Shown: positions 62,648 to 64,000 of the stretch, in pieces
Layout of the letters: each line of letters opens with the position of its first letter
Numbering within the stretch: the stretch's first letter is position 1
Assembly: GCA_963749445.1 (NCBI GenBank)
Contig: CAVVMJ010000010.1
Location: 43,913-107,912, forward strand
DNA from: an uncultured bacterium
Lineage (GTDB): Bacteria > Patescibacteriota > Doudnabacteria > UBA920
Direction of reading: 5' to 3'
Length of the DNA: 64,000 bases
Made by a program: the position numbers and the translations under genes
The notes under the pieces: generated by a model
Database searches by the model: none
Seen by the model: only the letters and a program-made list of their open reading frames with translations
What the model was told of the DNA's origin: nothing

Positions 62648-62993
62648 TTATTCTATGACAAAGGGCGGCCAATGGCCGCCCTATACGTCACCGGCTATTA
62701 GTTTCTCCGTTCAGCCAGCTATCCATCGTGGTGGGGTTAAAATTATAGGTTCGGCCGCCAAGGTGGCCGGACACGGGTACGCGGAACAGCCAGAGTACAA
62801 AGGCGGCTAAAATCAGCAGCATCAAAATTACGCTGATAATGGGGACTGGTGCATATATCTGTTGGTGGATAAATCAAAATCGCCTGTAGCTACAGGCGAT
62901 TTTGTGTATTTTTTCGTTACTAATTTCGTTTATGAAATCAGTTTTGCTTTTATGCTAATCAGTTAATCATCAAGCGCCGGTAAACATTAACGT

Positions 62994-63362
62994 TTATCGA
63001 TAATTTTGCCGTTTATCGATTAACTTTACCAACAGGTTAGTGCAGCAGTCCCTGATAATGCGGGCAAAAATTCCGGCGCGCGACAGAATGGACAGGCCCA
63101 AAAAAATTATCAGCACCGGCCAAACGTGGGAGAAAAACTGTCCCCACTCAAAACCGGTCACGTAGCCCAATGAGCGGGCCAAAAATGCCAGGCCGATCAT
63201 AATAATTATCATTCCCCAAAACAAGTGCCCGAACCAATGACCGTGGTAATGATCGTGGCGATGGTAATGCAAATCTTTAAATTTATCCCTTTGCTGCTGC
63301 TCGGGCGTGGGTTGGGTCGGCGTGGGCTGATGAATATTTGGATTCGTTTGATTGTTTTCCAT
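62994..63362 (-). CDS. small membrane protein with His-rich N-terminus (paralog of 63562..63906)
   Basis: HYHRHDHYHGHW His cluster; TM segments; shared WPVLIIFLGLSILSR motif. Confidence 0.4.
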   Translation of the reverse strand: MENNQTNPNIHQPTPTQPTPEQQQRDKFKDLHYHRHDHYHGHWFGHLFWGMIIIMIGLAFLARSLGYVTGFEWGQFFSHVWPVLIIFLGLSILSRAGIFARIIRDCCTNLLVKLIDKRQNYR

Positions 63363-63404
63363 AAGATTATAAATAGTTTTTATACTACGGTTTTAAGGAA
63401 TATC

Positions 63405-63558
63405 GCGGAGCACTCCCCTCCTTTTTTGAGGTCTTGATGAGCACAAAGGAGGGGTGGCTCGCGCAGCGAGACGGGGTGGTATTATCATAGCGAGTATTTA
63501 TACCACCTCCCCCCGACAAGTCGGGGTACTCCTCCTATGATAGGAGGAGAGGCTCCGC
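63405..63558. repeat. palindromic repeat family F1, copy F (module order 2 then 1)
   Basis: CGCGGAGCACTCCCCTCCttttttgagg..GGAGGGGTGGCTCGCGCAGCGAGACGGGGTGGTA - spacer - TACCACCTCCCCCCGAC..GGGGTACTCCTCCtatgataGGAGGAGAGGCTCCGCGG. Confidence 0.85.
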
Positions 63559-63561
63559 GGA

Positions 63562-63906
63562 CTACCTATGGCTCCCGCCGCGCGACAAAATCGCGATTCC
63601 CAAAACGATTATCAGCACCGGCCAGAGCACGTTCCAGCCAATCCAGGGCTGCGGGAACAACTGGTTCATTAAAGCCACGGCGCCGACAATTACAACAATC
63701 AACCCAAACCACAAACGGCGGTTTTGGCGCCTTTTTTCCCAATCGATATTTTTAACTTCACCCCTCACTTCGCCGGCCCAGTGTTGGGCGCTGGCTCTTA
63801 CGTCGGCCACGAAATCGTGAAATTGCTCGCCGTGGTTAACGACTCCGGCGCCTGGCCTGCCAAAGGCTCTTTGGGAATAATGATCGCCAAAATAATATAC
63901 AGCCAC
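63562..63906 (-). CDS. small membrane protein (paralog of 62994..63362)
   Basis: Shared WPVLIIVLGIAILSR motif and two TM segments. Confidence 0.4.
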   Translation of the reverse strand: MAVYYFGDHYSQRAFGRPGAGVVNHGEQFHDFVADVRASAQHWAGEVRGEVKNIDWEKRRQNRRLWFGLIVVIVGAVALMNQLFPQPWIGWNVLWPVLIIVLGIAILSRGGSHR

Positions 63907-64000
63907 GCTCCGCTGCCGCCGGCAAACAGCAAAACTAAAAAGATAATGCGGAAAATCAGCGCGTCCATGCTAAAATACTCGCCTAATCCCCCGCAAACCC

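Noticed and set aside
37625-63558. Could the F1, F2 and F3 repeats be a CRISPR array?
   Set aside because: The copies are dispersed over tens of kb, are not separated by regular unique spacers, differ in length and module order, and several lie inside CDSs. No cas genes are present.
1-64000. rRNA genes
   Set aside because: No segment resembles conserved 16S, 23S or 5S blocks. The four-helix-bundle gene is of the family often found in 23S intervening sequences, but here it is free-standing.

Overview
This 64-kb window comes from a small-genome, gene-dense bacterium with almost no operon-level strand switching and about 60 protein-coding genes, most on the minus strand. Its gene content looks like an uncultivated Candidate Phyla Radiation/Patescibacteria lineage, but that lineage call is inference only. 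Housekeeping genes I recognise include ribosomal proteins L10 and L7/L12, AspRS, HisRS, MnmA, a Dus-family dihydrouridine synthase, Lgt, ScpA/ScpB, LexA and YbaB. Also present are a membrane H+/Na+-pyrophosphatase plus a soluble pyrophosphatase, a dTDP-rhamnose cluster (rfbA, rfbD, rfbB), an archaeal-type PEP carboxylase, Pcm and a PfkB kinase. There are three tRNAs: Glu-CTC, Gln-CTG and a Gly-CCC candidate. One IS1595-family insertion sequence sits beside tRNA-Glu. The largest gene encodes a 1631-aa secreted tandem-repeat surface protein with a sortase-type C-terminal sorting signal (APKTG, hydrophobic stretch, KKRK), and a sortase gene lies two genes upstream. The most striking property of the window is an unusually rich set of small interspersed palindromic repeat families. 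The main family is a two-module, roughly 140-nt GC-rich element present in at least six full copies and several single-hairpin fragments. Several of these are inserted in frame inside conserved genes (dus, mnmA, lgt, a DUF218 gene, the PfkB kinase) without breaking the reading frame, which resembles Rickettsia palindromic elements. Apparent frameshifts occur in about eight genes (aspS, a GH1 glucosidase, an EamA-like transporter, a peptidase G1, an HtrA-like gene, a membrane protein gene, the IS transposase, and possibly others). At least five of these (aspS, the transposase, the peptidase G1, the EamA-like gene, the GH1 gene) sit in short homopolymer runs. This points to sequencing or assembly error rather than true pseudogenes, and it should be checked against reads. 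Two ORF-free regions of roughly 0.5 to 0.8 kb may encode structured RNAs that I could not identify. I found no CRISPR array and no rRNA.
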